Shown here piece after piece: positions 1 to 10,303 of a DNA stretch of 64,000 nt. Under the pieces are notes generated by a model, which worked only from the letters and a program-made list of their open reading frames with translations, was not told the DNA's origin and did no database searches. The position numbers and the translations under genes were made by a program. Numbering within the stretch: position 1 is the first letter of the stretch; each line of letters starts with the position of its first letter. This DNA is from Abditibacterium sp. (lineage in GTDB: Bacteria > Armatimonadota > Abditibacteriia > Abditibacteriales > Abditibacteriaceae): the NCBI GenBank assembly GCA_965199495.1, contig CBDASK010000003.1, positions 3,328,001 to 3,392,000 on the forward strand. Direction: 5' to 3'.

Positions 1-556
1 TATTTTAATCGTCTGGTTCAATTTGCCGCCCGAACTCAAGGCCTATACCGTCGGTTTCGACGCCGACCAAAATCGCAATATCGAACTGCGTTTGATAACG
101 TTGCAGCAGACGCAACAACTATTCCACGATAATCCGATTTTCGGCGCCGGATTGGGTTTGCGCAAAAACATTGACGCGACCAATGTGGCGTGGCTGGCGT
201 TGGCTGAAACTGGCATTTTGGGCGCGCTGGCTTTCGCGTGGATTTTCTGGAATTTCTATCGTCTGGCGTGGCGGGCGCGCAAAATTCTGCCGCCGTCCGA
301 CCCGCGATTCACGTTGCTGGCCCTTGGCGCCGCTCTGATGACGTGCCGATTATTGCATGGCATGGTTGACCATTATTGGACGCGCGGCGCACTGACGAAC
401 GCGTGGGCCGGTTTCGGCATGATTTTGTGTTATTGTCGCATCCCAATTGAAGAGCGCGCGCGCCAGTTGCACGCCATCGCCGAGCGTAGGCGCGCGGCTT
501 ATGCGCTGGCGTCGGCACAACGTCGCGCTTCGCGGCGCGAGTTGGCGGAGCGTTAA
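1..556 (+). CDS. O-antigen ligase/polymerase-like membrane protein (5' end outside window)
   Basis: PIFGAGLG, LAETGILG and HGMVD motifs with hydrophobic helices; lies upstream of two glycosyltransferases. Confidence 0.7.
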   Translation, partial: ILIVWFNLPPELKAYTVGFDADQNRNIELRLITLQQTQQLFHDNPIFGAGLGLRKNIDATNVAWLALAETGILGALAFAWIFWNFYRLAWRARKILPPSDPRFTLLALGAALMTCRLLHGMVDHYWTRGALTNAWAGFGMILCYCRIPIEERARQLHAIAERRRAAYALASAQRRASRRELAER

Positions 557-727
557 TTTCATTCGGATGCAGCGAATAAATTCGCTGCACGCAGAGCAAA
601 ATTCCCTTGCGCGGATTACAAGCAAACTCTTTCAGGTGATAATTTCAGTCCACGCAGGTGGGCTTTGCCTTGCGTTGCCGCGAATTTATTCGCTGGCCGT
701 TCGTTCCTGAGTTCCCCATTTAATCTT

Positions 728-1834
728 TTGAAAATTCTTCATCTCAACGATACCGATAACTGGGCCGGAACCGAAAGTCATATTCTCGACTTGGCCACAG
801 CTTTGCGCGCGCAAGGCGACGATGCCGCCATCGCGTGCCCGCCGCATTCGCCGCTCGCGGCGCGCGCGCACGCGATTCCCGTGTTGCCGCTCGAAATCAA
901 CAAACTCATTGATCGTCGCGCGATTCAAAAATTGGCGCGCTTGCTGAAAAGCGGGCGCGCCGATGTTTTGCACGCGCACAACGGGCGCACGCAACTGCAT
1001 GGCGCTCTCGCCGTGGCTGCTGCGCGGCGCGGCACTTTAGTGTGGACGCAACATTTTATCGCGCCGCGTCATGCGCAATCGCAAGGTCGCAAAGCCGCGC
1101 TGATGAAACGCGTTCATCGCGCCGTCAATGCGCGCACGCACGGATTTATCGCGATTTCAAACGCCGTCAAATGCGCGATGATCGAACGCGGCGAAGCCTC
1201 GCTCGAACAAATTGTCGTCGTCCCCAACGGCATCGGCGATCCGCGCGCGGCGAAATTGGAAGACGCCACAATCGTGCGCGCGCGCTACGTCGTCGCGCCC
1301 GATGCGCCGCTCGTTGTTTCGCTGTGCCGTTTGGAACGCGAAAAAGATGTCGCGACGTTGCTGCGCGCGTGGGCGCGATTGGAAGTGCCGGGCGCGCGCT
1401 TGTTATTGGCGGGACGCGGCGCGCAATCCGGCGAATTGCAACGGCAAATCGAACGCGATAAATTAACCGATTCGGCGCAATTAGTTGGCTTCGTCGAGGA
1501 ACCGCTTTCGCTATTAAACGCCGCCGACGTTCTGGCGCATTCAGCGCCCGCCGAACCGTTTGGTTTGGTTTTTCTCGAAGCGATGGGTTTGGCCAAACCG
1601 ATTGTCGCCTGTCGCGGCGGCGCGGCGCCCGAAATTATCAATTCCGATTGCGGCGTCTTAATCACACATGGCGACGAAGCAGCCACGGCGACGGCATTGC
1701 GCGAATTATTGCGCGACAAAACGCGCGCTCACTCTTTGGGACGGGGCGGACGAGTGCGATTCGAGGCGCATTTCACGCGCGAACGGATGGCAGAAAACAC
1801 GTTGGAGGTTTATCGCGAGGCGCTAAAACGATGA
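728..1834 (+). CDS. Glycosyltransferase family 4 (GT-B)
   Basis: MKILHL start, DVLHAH, and EPFGLVFLEAMG (EX7E) motif; TTG start at 728 inferred within ORF 665..1834. Confidence 0.9.
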   Translation: MKILHLNDTDNWAGTESHILDLATALRAQGDDAAIACPPHSPLAARAHAIPVLPLEINKLIDRRAIQKLARLLKSGRADVLHAHNGRTQLHGALAVAAARRGTLVWTQHFIAPRHAQSQGRKAALMKRVHRAVNARTHGFIAISNAVKCAMIERGEASLEQIVVVPNGIGDPRAAKLEDATIVRARYVVAPDAPLVVSLCRLEREKDVATLLRAWARLEVPGARLLLAGRGAQSGELQRQIERDKLTDSAQLVGFVEEPLSLLNAADVLAHSAPAEPFGLVFLEAMGLAKPIVACRGGAAPEIINSDCGVLITHGDEAATATALRELLRDKTRAHSLGRGGRVRFEAHFTRERMAENTLEVYREALKR

Positions 1835-2958
1835 AAGTTTTGTTGATTTCGCACACTTGCCAGAGCCGCACCGAAGGCCAACCGCGCGCGCACGAACTGG
1901 CGAAATTGCCCGATTTAGAATTGACGCTTTTGGTGCCCGACCGCTGGAAACGTTACGGCGATTGGCGCCGCGCGCAAAGGCCAATTGATGCCGATTTTCG
2001 CTTTATCGAAGGCAAAATCATTTGGCCGTGGAGCGGGCCGGGCCAAACCTACTTGCACTGGTATCCGTCGTTGCCGTGTTTGTTAAAACAATTGCAGCCC
2101 GACGTGATAGATTTGTGGGAAGAGCCGTGGAGTTTGGTGGCGGCGCAAACTTGTTTCTGGCGCGACCGCGTTTGTCCCCACGCGAAAATTGTCGCCGAAA
2201 CTGAGCAGAATATAGATAAACAGTTGCCGCCACCCTTCGAGAATTTCCGCTCTTACGTTTTGAATAAAGCTGATTATGTCGTCGGACGCAACGCCGAATC
2301 TATCGAGATACTGCGTCGCAAAGGTTACGCTGGCCCCGCGCAAGTCGTGCCCAACGCGGTTGATGTCGAATTATTTACGCGCGACGCCAATCGCGAACGC
2401 ACGCGAAATGCGCGCAATTGGAACGATTTCGTCATCGGTTACGCCGGACGTTTGGTCGAATCAAAGGGCGTGTTCGATTTGCTCGAAGCGACCAAACAAT
2501 TGGAAAACGTGCAACTCATTTTCATCGGTGACGGCGAGGCGCGCGCCGAATTGGAAAAACGCGCGGGCAAAAGCGTTCATTTTCTGGGCGCGCAACCGTT
2601 GGAAAAATTGCCGCAATTGTTCTCGGCGCTCGATTGTCTGGTTTTGCCGTCGCGCACAACCGCCAGTTGGAAAGAACAGTTTGGCCGCGTCTTAATCGAA
2701 GCCGCGTCGTGCGGCGTTCCGGTCGTCGGCAGCGATTCGGGCGCGATTCCCCTCGTCGTCGGGCAGGGCAATAATGCGATGGGATTAATTTTTCGCGAAG
2801 GCGACGTGGCTGCACTGTCGGCGGCGCTCATTCGGTTGCAAACTGATCCTAATTTGGCGCGTAAATTGGGCGCGATTGGCGCGCGGCGCGCGCGCGATGA
2901 ATTCTCGTGGAAGTGTATGGCGGCGCGATTCGATACGATTTACCGCTCATTTTCGTAA
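1831..2958 (+). CDS. Glycosyltransferase family 4 (GT-B)
   Basis: ATG overlaps the upstream stop (ATGA); YAGRL and WKEQFGRVLIEAA motifs. Confidence 0.9.
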   Translation: MKVLLISHTCQSRTEGQPRAHELAKLPDLELTLLVPDRWKRYGDWRRAQRPIDADFRFIEGKIIWPWSGPGQTYLHWYPSLPCLLKQLQPDVIDLWEEPWSLVAAQTCFWRDRVCPHAKIVAETEQNIDKQLPPPFENFRSYVLNKADYVVGRNAESIEILRRKGYAGPAQVVPNAVDVELFTRDANRERTRNARNWNDFVIGYAGRLVESKGVFDLLEATKQLENVQLIFIGDGEARAELEKRAGKSVHFLGAQPLEKLPQLFSALDCLVLPSRTTASWKEQFGRVLIEAASCGVPVVGSDSGAIPLVVGQGNNAMGLIFREGDVAALSAALIRLQTDPNLARKLGAIGARRARDEFSWKCMAARFDTIYRSFS

Positions 2959-3288
2959 ATTGCGCCAGAGCGCACGTCCGCACAAAAAGGCTCCGACTAA
3001 ACCGATTAACAAAAGCGGGATGGAAATAATCAACAAGGATTGTCCGAATTCATTATTATGTGCGGTCAAACTCGCATAACTGAATGTCCCCGAACACGCG
3101 CCGATGCCGCCGAAAATTAATGTGCCTAAACCCAGACAAATAGAACCAAAAATCCACCCCGCGCTTTTGGTCGCCTTCAATCCCAAATTCGCGCCGCAAC
3201 GCGGGCAAAATTCGGCGCGTTCAGTCAAACCAGCGCCGCAGTTCGGGCAGGTGTAGGGCGTCGGATTGGTGACGGGCGGATTCGGCAT
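2947..3288 (-). CDS. Zinc-ribbon membrane protein
   Basis: CPNCG...FCPRCG double knuckle followed by two TM helices. Confidence 0.75.
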   Translation of the reverse strand: MPNPPVTNPTPYTCPNCGAGLTERAEFCPRCGANLGLKATKSAGWIFGSICLGLGTLIFGGIGACSGTFSYASLTAHNNEFGQSLLIISIPLLLIGLVGAFLCGRALWRNLRK

Positions 3289-3297
3289 AACTAAACA

Positions 3298-3327
3298 AAA
3301 AGCGAAGCGCAATTGCGCTTCGCTTTT
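3298..3327. terminator. Palindromic intrinsic terminator downstream of gnd
   Basis: AAAAGCGAAGCGCAATTGCGCTTCGCTTTT perfect palindrome with T-tract on the minus strand. Confidence 0.7.
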
Positions 3328-3337
3328 CTATTTTATA

Positions 3338-4879
3338 TTACGGCGTTGGCGGCGGAGTTGTCGGTTGCGACTCGGACGATTTCTCGGCGTTGGCCTGATC
3401 GTCGCCGTGCGGCTTGAGGCGCTCTTCTTCCAAGCCAAACCAATCGGTGTGGAAACTGCCTTCTTTGTCGGTGCGCTCGTAGGTGTGCGCGCCGAAATAG
3501 TCGCGTTGCGCCTGCAATAGGTTCTGCGGGCCGCGCGGGTCGCGATACGAATCGTAGTAACCCAGCGACGCCGAAAACGCCGGAACGGCGATGCCGTTTT
3601 GCACGCCCTCGCAAATCACTTCGCGCCAGCCGTCCTGATTTTTGCCCATAATGTCGGTGAAAAATGGGTCGAGCATCAGGTTGACGAGTTTGGTATCGCG
3701 GCCATACGCCTCGGTGATGCGATCCAAAAAGCGCGCCTGAATAATGCAGCCACCGCGCCAAATCGCGGCGATGTTACCTAAACTCAAATTCCAATCGTAT
3801 TCCGCACTCGCCGCCGCCATCAGCGCCAAACCCTGCGCATAACTGACGACTTTCGAGGCGTAAAGCGCGGCATGAACGCTGTCAATGAACGCTTTGCGGT
3901 CGCCTTCGTAGGGTTTTGGCGATGGGCCGGGCAAAATCTCCGACGCTTTGAGGCGCTGATCTTTCATCGAAGAAACGATGCGCTGTTCGACGGCGGCGTT
4001 GATGGTCGAAACCGGAATACCCAAATCCTGCGCGCTTTGCAGCGTCCATTTGCCGGTGCCTTTTTGTCCGGCTTTATCCTGAATCATGTCCACCAACCAG
4101 TTGCCGGTATCGGGGTCTTTGCGCGTGAAAATGTCCGCGGTAATCTCGATGAGAAATGATTCGAGTGTGCCCTTATTCCAATCGGCGAACACATCGTGCA
4201 GCTCCGGTGGCTCCATGCCCAGCACGCCTTGGAGCAACGCGTAGGCTTCGCAAATCAACTGCATATCGCCGTATTCGATGCCGTTGTGAACCATTTTCAC
4301 ATAATGGCCCGCGCCGTTTGGCCCGATATAGGTGACGCAGGGCGCCATCGAACCGTCGTCTTTCAAGGTGTCCACGACTTGCGCCGAAATTTTGGTGAAA
4401 ATCGGTTCAACCAACTTATAAGCCGACATTTCGCCGCCCGGCATCATCGAAGGGCCTTTGAGCGCGCCTTCTTCGCCGCCCGAAACGCCACAACCAATAA
4501 AGAAAATTCCCTTTTCTTTGAGTTCGGCTTCGCGGCGCATGGTGTCGGTAAAGAGCGAGTTGCCGCCGTCAATGATTAAATCGCCGGGTTCGAGCAGGGG
4601 CAAAAGCTGGTCAATAACCGCGTCAACGGGCGCGCCCGCTTTGACCATGATCATCACTTTGCGCGGCTTTTCCAGCAAGGCGACAAACTCTTCGAGCGTG
4701 TCGCCCGAATGGATGTTTTTGCCGACTTTTTCCCATTCGCCCATTAATTTTTGGGTGACGGATGTGGTGCGATTGTAAATGGCGACGGTGAAGCCTTTGC
4801 TTTCCATGTTGAGGACGAGGTTTTGTCCCATCACGGCGAGGCCGATAAGTCCGATATCACAAGATTGTTCGTTGGGCAT
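3338..4879 (-). CDS. gnd: NADP-dependent 6-phosphogluconate dehydrogenase (decarboxylating)
   Basis: IGLAVMGQNL, GHYVKMVHNGIEYGDMQ, GQKGTGKWT and QAQRDYFGAHTYER motifs. Confidence 0.98.
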   Translation of the reverse strand: MPNEQSCDIGLIGLAVMGQNLVLNMESKGFTVAIYNRTTSVTQKLMGEWEKVGKNIHSGDTLEEFVALLEKPRKVMIMVKAGAPVDAVIDQLLPLLEPGDLIIDGGNSLFTDTMRREAELKEKGIFFIGCGVSGGEEGALKGPSMMPGGEMSAYKLVEPIFTKISAQVVDTLKDDGSMAPCVTYIGPNGAGHYVKMVHNGIEYGDMQLICEAYALLQGVLGMEPPELHDVFADWNKGTLESFLIEITADIFTRKDPDTGNWLVDMIQDKAGQKGTGKWTLQSAQDLGIPVSTINAAVEQRIVSSMKDQRLKASEILPGPSPKPYEGDRKAFIDSVHAALYASKVVSYAQGLALMAAASAEYDWNLSLGNIAAIWRGGCIIQARFLDRITEAYGRDTKLVNLMLDPFFTDIMGKNQDGWREVICEGVQNGIAVPAFSASLGYYDSYRDPRGPQNLLQAQRDYFGAHTYERTDKEGSFHTDWFGLEEERLKPHGDDQANAEKSSESQPTTPPPTP

Positions 4880-5019
4880 GAGTGTTTGTTTGCGGGCGCG
4901 AAAATGCGCATCCTTCTAAAGTAAAGCAGTTGGGGCAATTTGTCCGCCAACAACCGCTAATTTTAAGCACGCACCGGACAATTGTCATCTCTCTCGAATT
5001 AAGCGATAATTTTATTTCA

Positions 5020-5967
5020 ATGAGCGCGCGCGAAAATTCTGCGAAACAAAACTCCTACGACGTTGCACCTGCGCACGACGCCGAATCGGTTTATCTCGCG
5101 CCGCAACGCGAGGTCGCGGCGCCCACCGTTTCCGAGGCCGCCGTCGCCGAAATCAAAGCCGACGCCGACGAAGCGGTTCTGCGTGCGCGCGAGCGACGCG
5201 GCGAAGAGTTCGACTTCGATCTGACGCGCGAAAGTATCGAATCGGAATTGGTTGCCGTCGCGCCGAAAACCAAATATGGTTGGGCGTGGCTGCTACTTGT
5301 GCTGGCGTTGCTCATTTGCGTTTACACCTTTGGCGCCGTGAATGGCGAAAAATCGCGGCGCCCGGTACCAATCGGCCCGTTCACCACGGCGAGCGCTCAA
5401 AACGTGACCGTTAAAGTTCAAGTCGCGGGCGCGGTGAATAAACCGGGCGTCTACGAATTGCCGTTCAACGCGCGCGTGCAGGACGCGATTCGCAAAGCGG
5501 GCGGCTTCAAGGCCGACGCCGATAAAAGCGCGCTCAACTTGGCTGATTGGGCGCAGGACGGCGCCAAAATCGAAGTGCCATCCAAAGCCGCGCCCACTCC
5601 CACAGCGACGCCGACAATAATCATCAAAGAAGTGCCCGCGCCCGTCGCGCCGTCATCAGCCACGGCGCCCGCTTCGGTGGGGGCGACAACTCAAAGCGAA
5701 AGTGCAATTCCCCTCGCGAAAACCGAATCAGGCGCGACTTCGGCCAACGCCTCGTTGGAGTATCTCAAGGCCAACCCCGTGGATTTGAACAAAGCGACGC
5801 AAGCCGAACTGGAAGTTTTGCCCGGCGTCGGCCCCAAAATGGCCGAACGAATCTTGGCGTATCGCGCCGAAAACGGCGGCTTCAAAAGCGTGGATCAATT
5901 GGACGATGTGAAAGGCATTGGCGAAAAACGCATGGCGACACTGAAACCGTTGGTCAAAGTCCGATAA
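5020..5967 (+). CDS. comEA: ComEA family competence DNA-binding protein (TM, SLBB, helix-hairpin-helix)
   Basis: VQVAGAVNKPGVYEL SLBB domain; VDLNKAT..L..LPGVGPKMAERI and VKGIGEK HhH repeats. Confidence 0.9.
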   Translation: MSARENSAKQNSYDVAPAHDAESVYLAPQREVAAPTVSEAAVAEIKADADEAVLRARERRGEEFDFDLTRESIESELVAVAPKTKYGWAWLLLVLALLICVYTFGAVNGEKSRRPVPIGPFTTASAQNVTVKVQVAGAVNKPGVYELPFNARVQDAIRKAGGFKADADKSALNLADWAQDGAKIEVPSKAAPTPTATPTIIIKEVPAPVAPSSATAPASVGATTQSESAIPLAKTESGATSANASLEYLKANPVDLNKATQAELEVLPGVGPKMAERILAYRAENGGFKSVDQLDDVKGIGEKRMATLKPLVKVR

Positions 5968-6118
5968 TTTTAGCCACAAAGAATACAAAGGGGCACAAAG
6001 AAGGAAGAGGAAATTAATTTGTAAAAGCAAAACTATAAAATATAGTTCTTCTAATTTTTAATTTCCTCTTCCTTCTTTGTGCCCCTTTGTATTCTCTGTG
6101 GCTAAAATTATCGGACTT
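5957..6118. repeat. Long inverted repeat (61-bp arms, 1 mismatch) with CACAAAG/CACAGAG units
   Basis: Arms 5957-6017 and 6058-6118; each arm includes the stop codon of one of the two convergent genes. Confidence 0.9.
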
Positions 6119-7001
6119 CTCGCACGCGATCCATCAAAACATCGGCGATAACTTCATCGTGGCCCAGATAATCGCCCATCGAAAATTTCACTTCGGGATA
6201 TTTCTGTTGCGCTTCTTCCAAAGCCGAAGGCAAATCGTCGGCGACGTGATTGCCGGTGTGCAGAAAATAAGGCACGGCAACAACGCTTTTCGCGCCACGT
6301 TCAACTAATTCGTCAATCGCGTCGGGAATCGAAGGTTCGTTGCATTCCATGAAACCGACGTTGACGAGCGGAAAAACTTCGCGCGCGCGGACTTGCTCGA
6401 CAACGGCGAACATCGCGTTATTCGATTCGGGACGAGGCGAACCGTGAACCATTACGAGTAGCGCCGCCGGATCGGTGGCGCCGTGGCCGCTATAAATCGG
6501 CGCGTTTTCCAAGTCGGCGCCGGGCACCGGTTTATCGCCGGGATGAAGCGGACATTTGGCCGTATCGTAGAGTGGACAACGCGGATGTGGGCGACAAAAC
6601 TGCGGCGCGTTGTCCCACAAATCGCGCCATTTGTGCGGCTCAAATGCGCGTCCAGCGCAATTGATGATGCCATCGGCCAATAAATTATGCGTTTTCATCG
6701 CATCAGCCACGGCGACTTCGATGTTGGGATATTTCTCGATTAGCGGTTCGATGACTGGCGGCAAACTGACTTTAACGAAATAGCCTGCGACCAGAAAATA
6801 AGGCGCCACAATAATGCGCGTCGCGCCGCGATTGATGCAAGTCTCGAACGCTTGGGCAAACGTCGGCTCGGAATAATTAAGAAATCCGACTTCGACAATC
6901 GGCGCATCGCCGCGCGCTTCCATGCGCTTGGCGAGGGCAAATAAGGTTTCGCCCGCGCCGCACAAAACCGAGCCATGAGAAAAAAGAATGATCGCGTCCA
7001 T
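6108..7001 (-). CDS. Two-domain CbiX/SirB sirohydrochlorin chelatase with Cys-rich linker
   Basis: Two HGS...GF(L/M)..EP...PYFL domains separated by CRPHPRCPLYDTAKCPL. Confidence 0.85.
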   Translation of the reverse strand: MDAIILFSHGSVLCGAGETLFALAKRMEARGDAPIVEVGFLNYSEPTFAQAFETCINRGATRIIVAPYFLVAGYFVKVSLPPVIEPLIEKYPNIEVAVADAMKTHNLLADGIINCAGRAFEPHKWRDLWDNAPQFCRPHPRCPLYDTAKCPLHPGDKPVPGADLENAPIYSGHGATDPAALLVMVHGSPRPESNNAMFAVVEQVRAREVFPLVNVGFMECNEPSIPDAIDELVERGAKSVVAVPYFLHTGNHVADDLPSALEEAQQKYPEVKFSMGDYLGHDEVIADVLMDRVREVR

Positions 7002-7092
7002 AATAAAATTTACAGACGCGAATTTGGGGCCGCTAAAATGTGCTGTTTTGGGAAAACTGCGAACATTCTACCATTCTACTGTAGGGTAAATG

Positions 7093-7147
7093 TAACTACT
7101 CAGGTGCCCCGCGCTCAGAATGACAGCGCGGGGCACCTGAGTAGTTA
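7093..7147. repeat. Inverted repeat with 23-bp perfect arms
   Basis: TAACTACTCAGGTGCCCCGCGCT / AGCGCGGGGCACCTGAGTAGTTA; the loop region reads CTCAGAATGACA, a TGTCAT-type end. Confidence 0.85.
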
Positions 7148-7240
7148 TGTGTAAATTTGAATAAGGAGCGTAATCAACCGGACAAAGTGCGGGTCTGAGG
7201 CAAATCGAATTTTGGCCGATGACGTGCGATTGCAGCTCAT

Positions 7241-9136
7241 CTAACTCGTTTTTGCGAACGGTTTGCGTGCGATGATGCCTTTGTCCTGCGCGATAGTGAT
7301 GTTTTGACCGGTTGCTATATCGGTAAATTCGGTTTTGCTGCCATCAGGCCAAATGACTCTAAATTTTTTTACGCTTGTCGCGGCGCCCGTGCCGATGGTG
7401 ATGGGCAACTCGCTTTGCGAAAGATAGCTGGAGCCGGAACGCACGTCGCGCCGCACGATTTCTTTGCCGATTAGGGCATCGATGTGCGCGCCGATAGCAT
7501 CGGTATTGGGCGCTTTGGCGCGCAAAGTCACGCGAAGAGAATGGTTGGAAGTGCCATCGTTATGATAAAGTCGCGGCAATCCGTCGTTGGTGGTAAAGAG
7601 CAAATCGGGGTTGCCGTCGCCGTCGAAATCGAGGGTTGCCAGACCGCGCGCCACCAGTTTTTCTGACAGACCGGCGGCTTCGCCAACTTCGCGAAAGATC
7701 GGTTTTTGGCCGGGCGCGCGCGTGTCATTCAGATAAAACAGCGGGCGCTGTTTGTAATAGACGCCCCGCAAATAGTTATGAACTGTCGGATCGACATGGC
7801 CGTTGGCTGTAATTAAATCGGGCCAACCATCGTTATTGAGATCGGTAAAGAGCAAACCAAAAGTCAGGAATGTGATCGAAGAATCTGTCAGTCCAACCGG
7901 ATCGGCGACATCTCTAAAGGCGCCGTGCGAACTTTGCCAGAAACCCAGACCTTCGGCGTTGAAATGGCCGACGGCGATGCTGTCATCGCCCGAATGGTCT
8001 ATATCGGCGTCGTCTATGCCCATGCCGCCGCGCGGCTTGTTCTCTGGCCCCATCGCCAAGCCCGTTTTGGCGGCCTCTTCGGTAAAGGTGCCGTTCTTCT
8101 GGTTGACGAAAAAAAAGTTGGGCCGCAAATCGTTGGCGACCATCAAATCGGGCCAGCCATCTTTGTTTGGATCGCACACGATGACGCCCAAGCCCGCGCC
8201 TTCAATCGGAGTATTTGCGCCCAAGCGCCGCGAAATGCCCGCTTTGGCCGAAACGTTCTCGAAGCGCCCGTTGCCCTGATTATGAAACAATAAACTGGTC
8301 TGGCTGGGATAGTCTTTGGGCCACCCATACGATTTAATCCGCCGGTCAAGCGAGCGAAACACGTCGGTGGCGGGCGTATATTTGGCGTAGCGACAGACGA
8401 ACAAATCGAGTTTGCCGTCGTGATCGTAATCGAAAAACGCGGCGCTGGTGTTCCAACCCGCGTCGGTCACGCCCGATTGTTGGCTGACGTTACTAAATTT
8501 GGGTTTGCCATCTTTGCCGGTTTCATTATGAAACAGAAAAAGCTGACCATAAGCCGTCACGCACAAATCGGTGCGCCCATCGCCATCGTAATCCGCCGCC
8601 GCCGCGCCCATGCCCTGCATAGAGATTTGCAAACCCGACCCCGCGCTGACATCGGTAAAAGTGCCGTCGCCATTGTTACGATAAAGCGCATTAAGCGCAC
8701 GCGGTGGCTGCTTGGAAGGCAAAGACGCGCGTTGGGCCGTTTTCGGGTCGCTCTTGCTTAAATCTTGACGCACCTCTTTCTCAAATTCCCCCGTTGGCGA
8801 CTGGCGATAGGATTGCGCTTCGGCGGGCGTCCACGAACGTCCGTTGACCAGAAAAATATCGGGCAAACCGTCGCCGTTGTAATCGAAAACCGCGCAACCG
8901 CTACCCATCGTTTCGGGCAATAGCGCCGCGCCAAACGCGCCGTTAAAGTGAGCTGTTTTTAGTCCACTGCGCTTCGTTACGTCGGTGAATTTCACCATCT
9001 CAGAGGTCACTTCTGTCTCTTGTCCCGCCGGGGAAACCGAATTCACCGACGCCACATTTTGCGCGGAATCCTGCGACGCGCAACCACAAGCCGCGAGCGC
9101 GAAAAGGGCGCCCGTCAACGAAAGATACTTTTTCAT
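7241..9136 (-). CDS. CRTAC1-family lipoprotein (FG-GAP/VCBS repeats plus ASPIC/UnbV domain)
   Basis: Lipobox LAAC after MKKYL; many DYDGDG repeats; GSSYLSQS ASPIC motif; ATG overlaps the upstream stop. Confidence 0.9.
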   Translation of the reverse strand: MKKYLSLTGALFALAACGCASQDSAQNVASVNSVSPAGQETEVTSEMVKFTDVTKRSGLKTAHFNGAFGAALLPETMGSGCAVFDYNGDGLPDIFLVNGRSWTPAEAQSYRQSPTGEFEKEVRQDLSKSDPKTAQRASLPSKQPPRALNALYRNNGDGTFTDVSAGSGLQISMQGMGAAAADYDGDGRTDLCVTAYGQLFLFHNETGKDGKPKFSNVSQQSGVTDAGWNTSAAFFDYDHDGKLDLFVCRYAKYTPATDVFRSLDRRIKSYGWPKDYPSQTSLLFHNQGNGRFENVSAKAGISRRLGANTPIEGAGLGVIVCDPNKDGWPDLMVANDLRPNFFFVNQKNGTFTEEAAKTGLAMGPENKPRGGMGIDDADIDHSGDDSIAVGHFNAEGLGFWQSSHGAFRDVADPVGLTDSSITFLTFGLLFTDLNNDGWPDLITANGHVDPTVHNYLRGVYYKQRPLFYLNDTRAPGQKPIFREVGEAAGLSEKLVARGLATLDFDGDGNPDLLFTTNDGLPRLYHNDGTSNHSLRVTLRAKAPNTDAIGAHIDALIGKEIVRRDVRSGSSYLSQSELPITIGTGAATSVKKFRVIWPDGSKTEFTDIATGQNITIAQDKGIIARKPFAKTS

Positions 9137-10071
9137 ACCGTTTTTACTTCGCTCGCCATCGCCGCTGTTGTGGGCGTCGCACTCTCCGAATTGGGCGCCG
9201 TTATTTCGCTTGATTTTGCCTTGCGCTCGCTCCACCAGATGTCGGCCAGAACCGCGATTGGCCCGACGATGAACAAGGCATAATAAGGCGCGTGGATGTT
9301 TTGGTTCAAACGCAAAACCATTTCCATCGCGGCCACGCACAGCGCCACGAACATTTGCGCTTTCTTGCCCTTTACGGTCGTCTTCGGGTCGGTGATCATA
9401 AAGAAAATGAACAACTGATACATCGGCCCGGTGATGGGCGCGACTTCCGATTGGAACGAGTGTCCGGTGATTTGGCTGCGAATCGCCGCGAACGCGATGA
9501 ACGCCAACACATAGGTCGCGCAGATGTGAAACCGTTTCAAACGCCAGACGATAACGCTGCCCAACGCCCAAATCGCCAGCATCGCCCACAGGCGATTATC
9601 CCATTGCACCGATAGCGTTGAGACCGCCCACGGCGCCAACAGCAGGATGATGGCGATGGCAAAGTTCGACGGATTCCAGATGTGGCGACCTTTGACGCGA
9701 ATCACATATTTGGAGGAGATGGCGATGGCCGCGCACAAAGCGTAGGGCCAAAATTCGGGCGAGCGCACCAAAATTCCCACGCTAATGCCCGAAATATACG
9801 CGCTCGCCAGATGTGGCCACTGGCCGCGCGTGAGGCGACTGAGAAATATCTCGGTCGCCATCGAAACCGCGATGGCGAGCAACGTTTGCGGATAAGATTC
9901 CAACACGCCGAACTGCAACTGCGCGCCCAGCAAAATGCAGGTAATCAGCACGGGCGCGACATAACGCTCGTCAATTTTAAAACGACGCGGCGCATTTTTG
10001 GGCGCGATAACATCGGGCGCACTCGCGGAAGCAGCCACGTCGCTCGCGTCGGCCAAAAAAGAAGATTGCAT
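9133..10071 (-). CDS. UnbU-like / RnfD-NqrB-like integral membrane protein
   Basis: SAYISG, SKYVIR..GRHIWNPSNF and FFMITDPKTT motifs; multiple TM helices. Confidence 0.75.
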   Translation of the reverse strand: MQSSFLADASDVAASASAPDVIAPKNAPRRFKIDERYVAPVLITCILLGAQLQFGVLESYPQTLLAIAVSMATEIFLSRLTRGQWPHLASAYISGISVGILVRSPEFWPYALCAAIAISSKYVIRVKGRHIWNPSNFAIAIILLLAPWAVSTLSVQWDNRLWAMLAIWALGSVIVWRLKRFHICATYVLAFIAFAAIRSQITGHSFQSEVAPITGPMYQLFIFFMITDPKTTVKGKKAQMFVALCVAAMEMVLRLNQNIHAPYYALFIVGPIAVLADIWWSERKAKSSEITAPNSESATPTTAAMASEVKTV

Positions 10072-10129
10072 AGTTATAGTGTGTCCAAAAAACGATTGAT
10101 TTAAACCGATTAAATTTTCTTGTTTAAAG

Positions 10130-10285
10130 TAGGAGTTACGCAGTTCGTAGGCTAAAGCCTACGGCAGATGGCTGGCGCCGAACGTGCTTCGCACTTATTT
10201 CCAGTGCGAAGCACGTTCGGCGCCAGCCATCTGCCGTAGCTTTTAAGCTACGAAAATAGATTTCAACCCAACTGCGTAACTCCTA
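10130..10285. repeat. Nested inverted-repeat element (16-bp outer shell, 37-bp inner arms, small REP-like hairpins)
   Basis: Outer TAGGAGTTACGCAGTT / AACTGCGTAACTCCTA; inner perfect arms 10159-10195 and 10203-10239. Confidence 0.9.
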
Positions 10286-10303
10286 TAAAGAAAGGAAAGC
10301 TGA

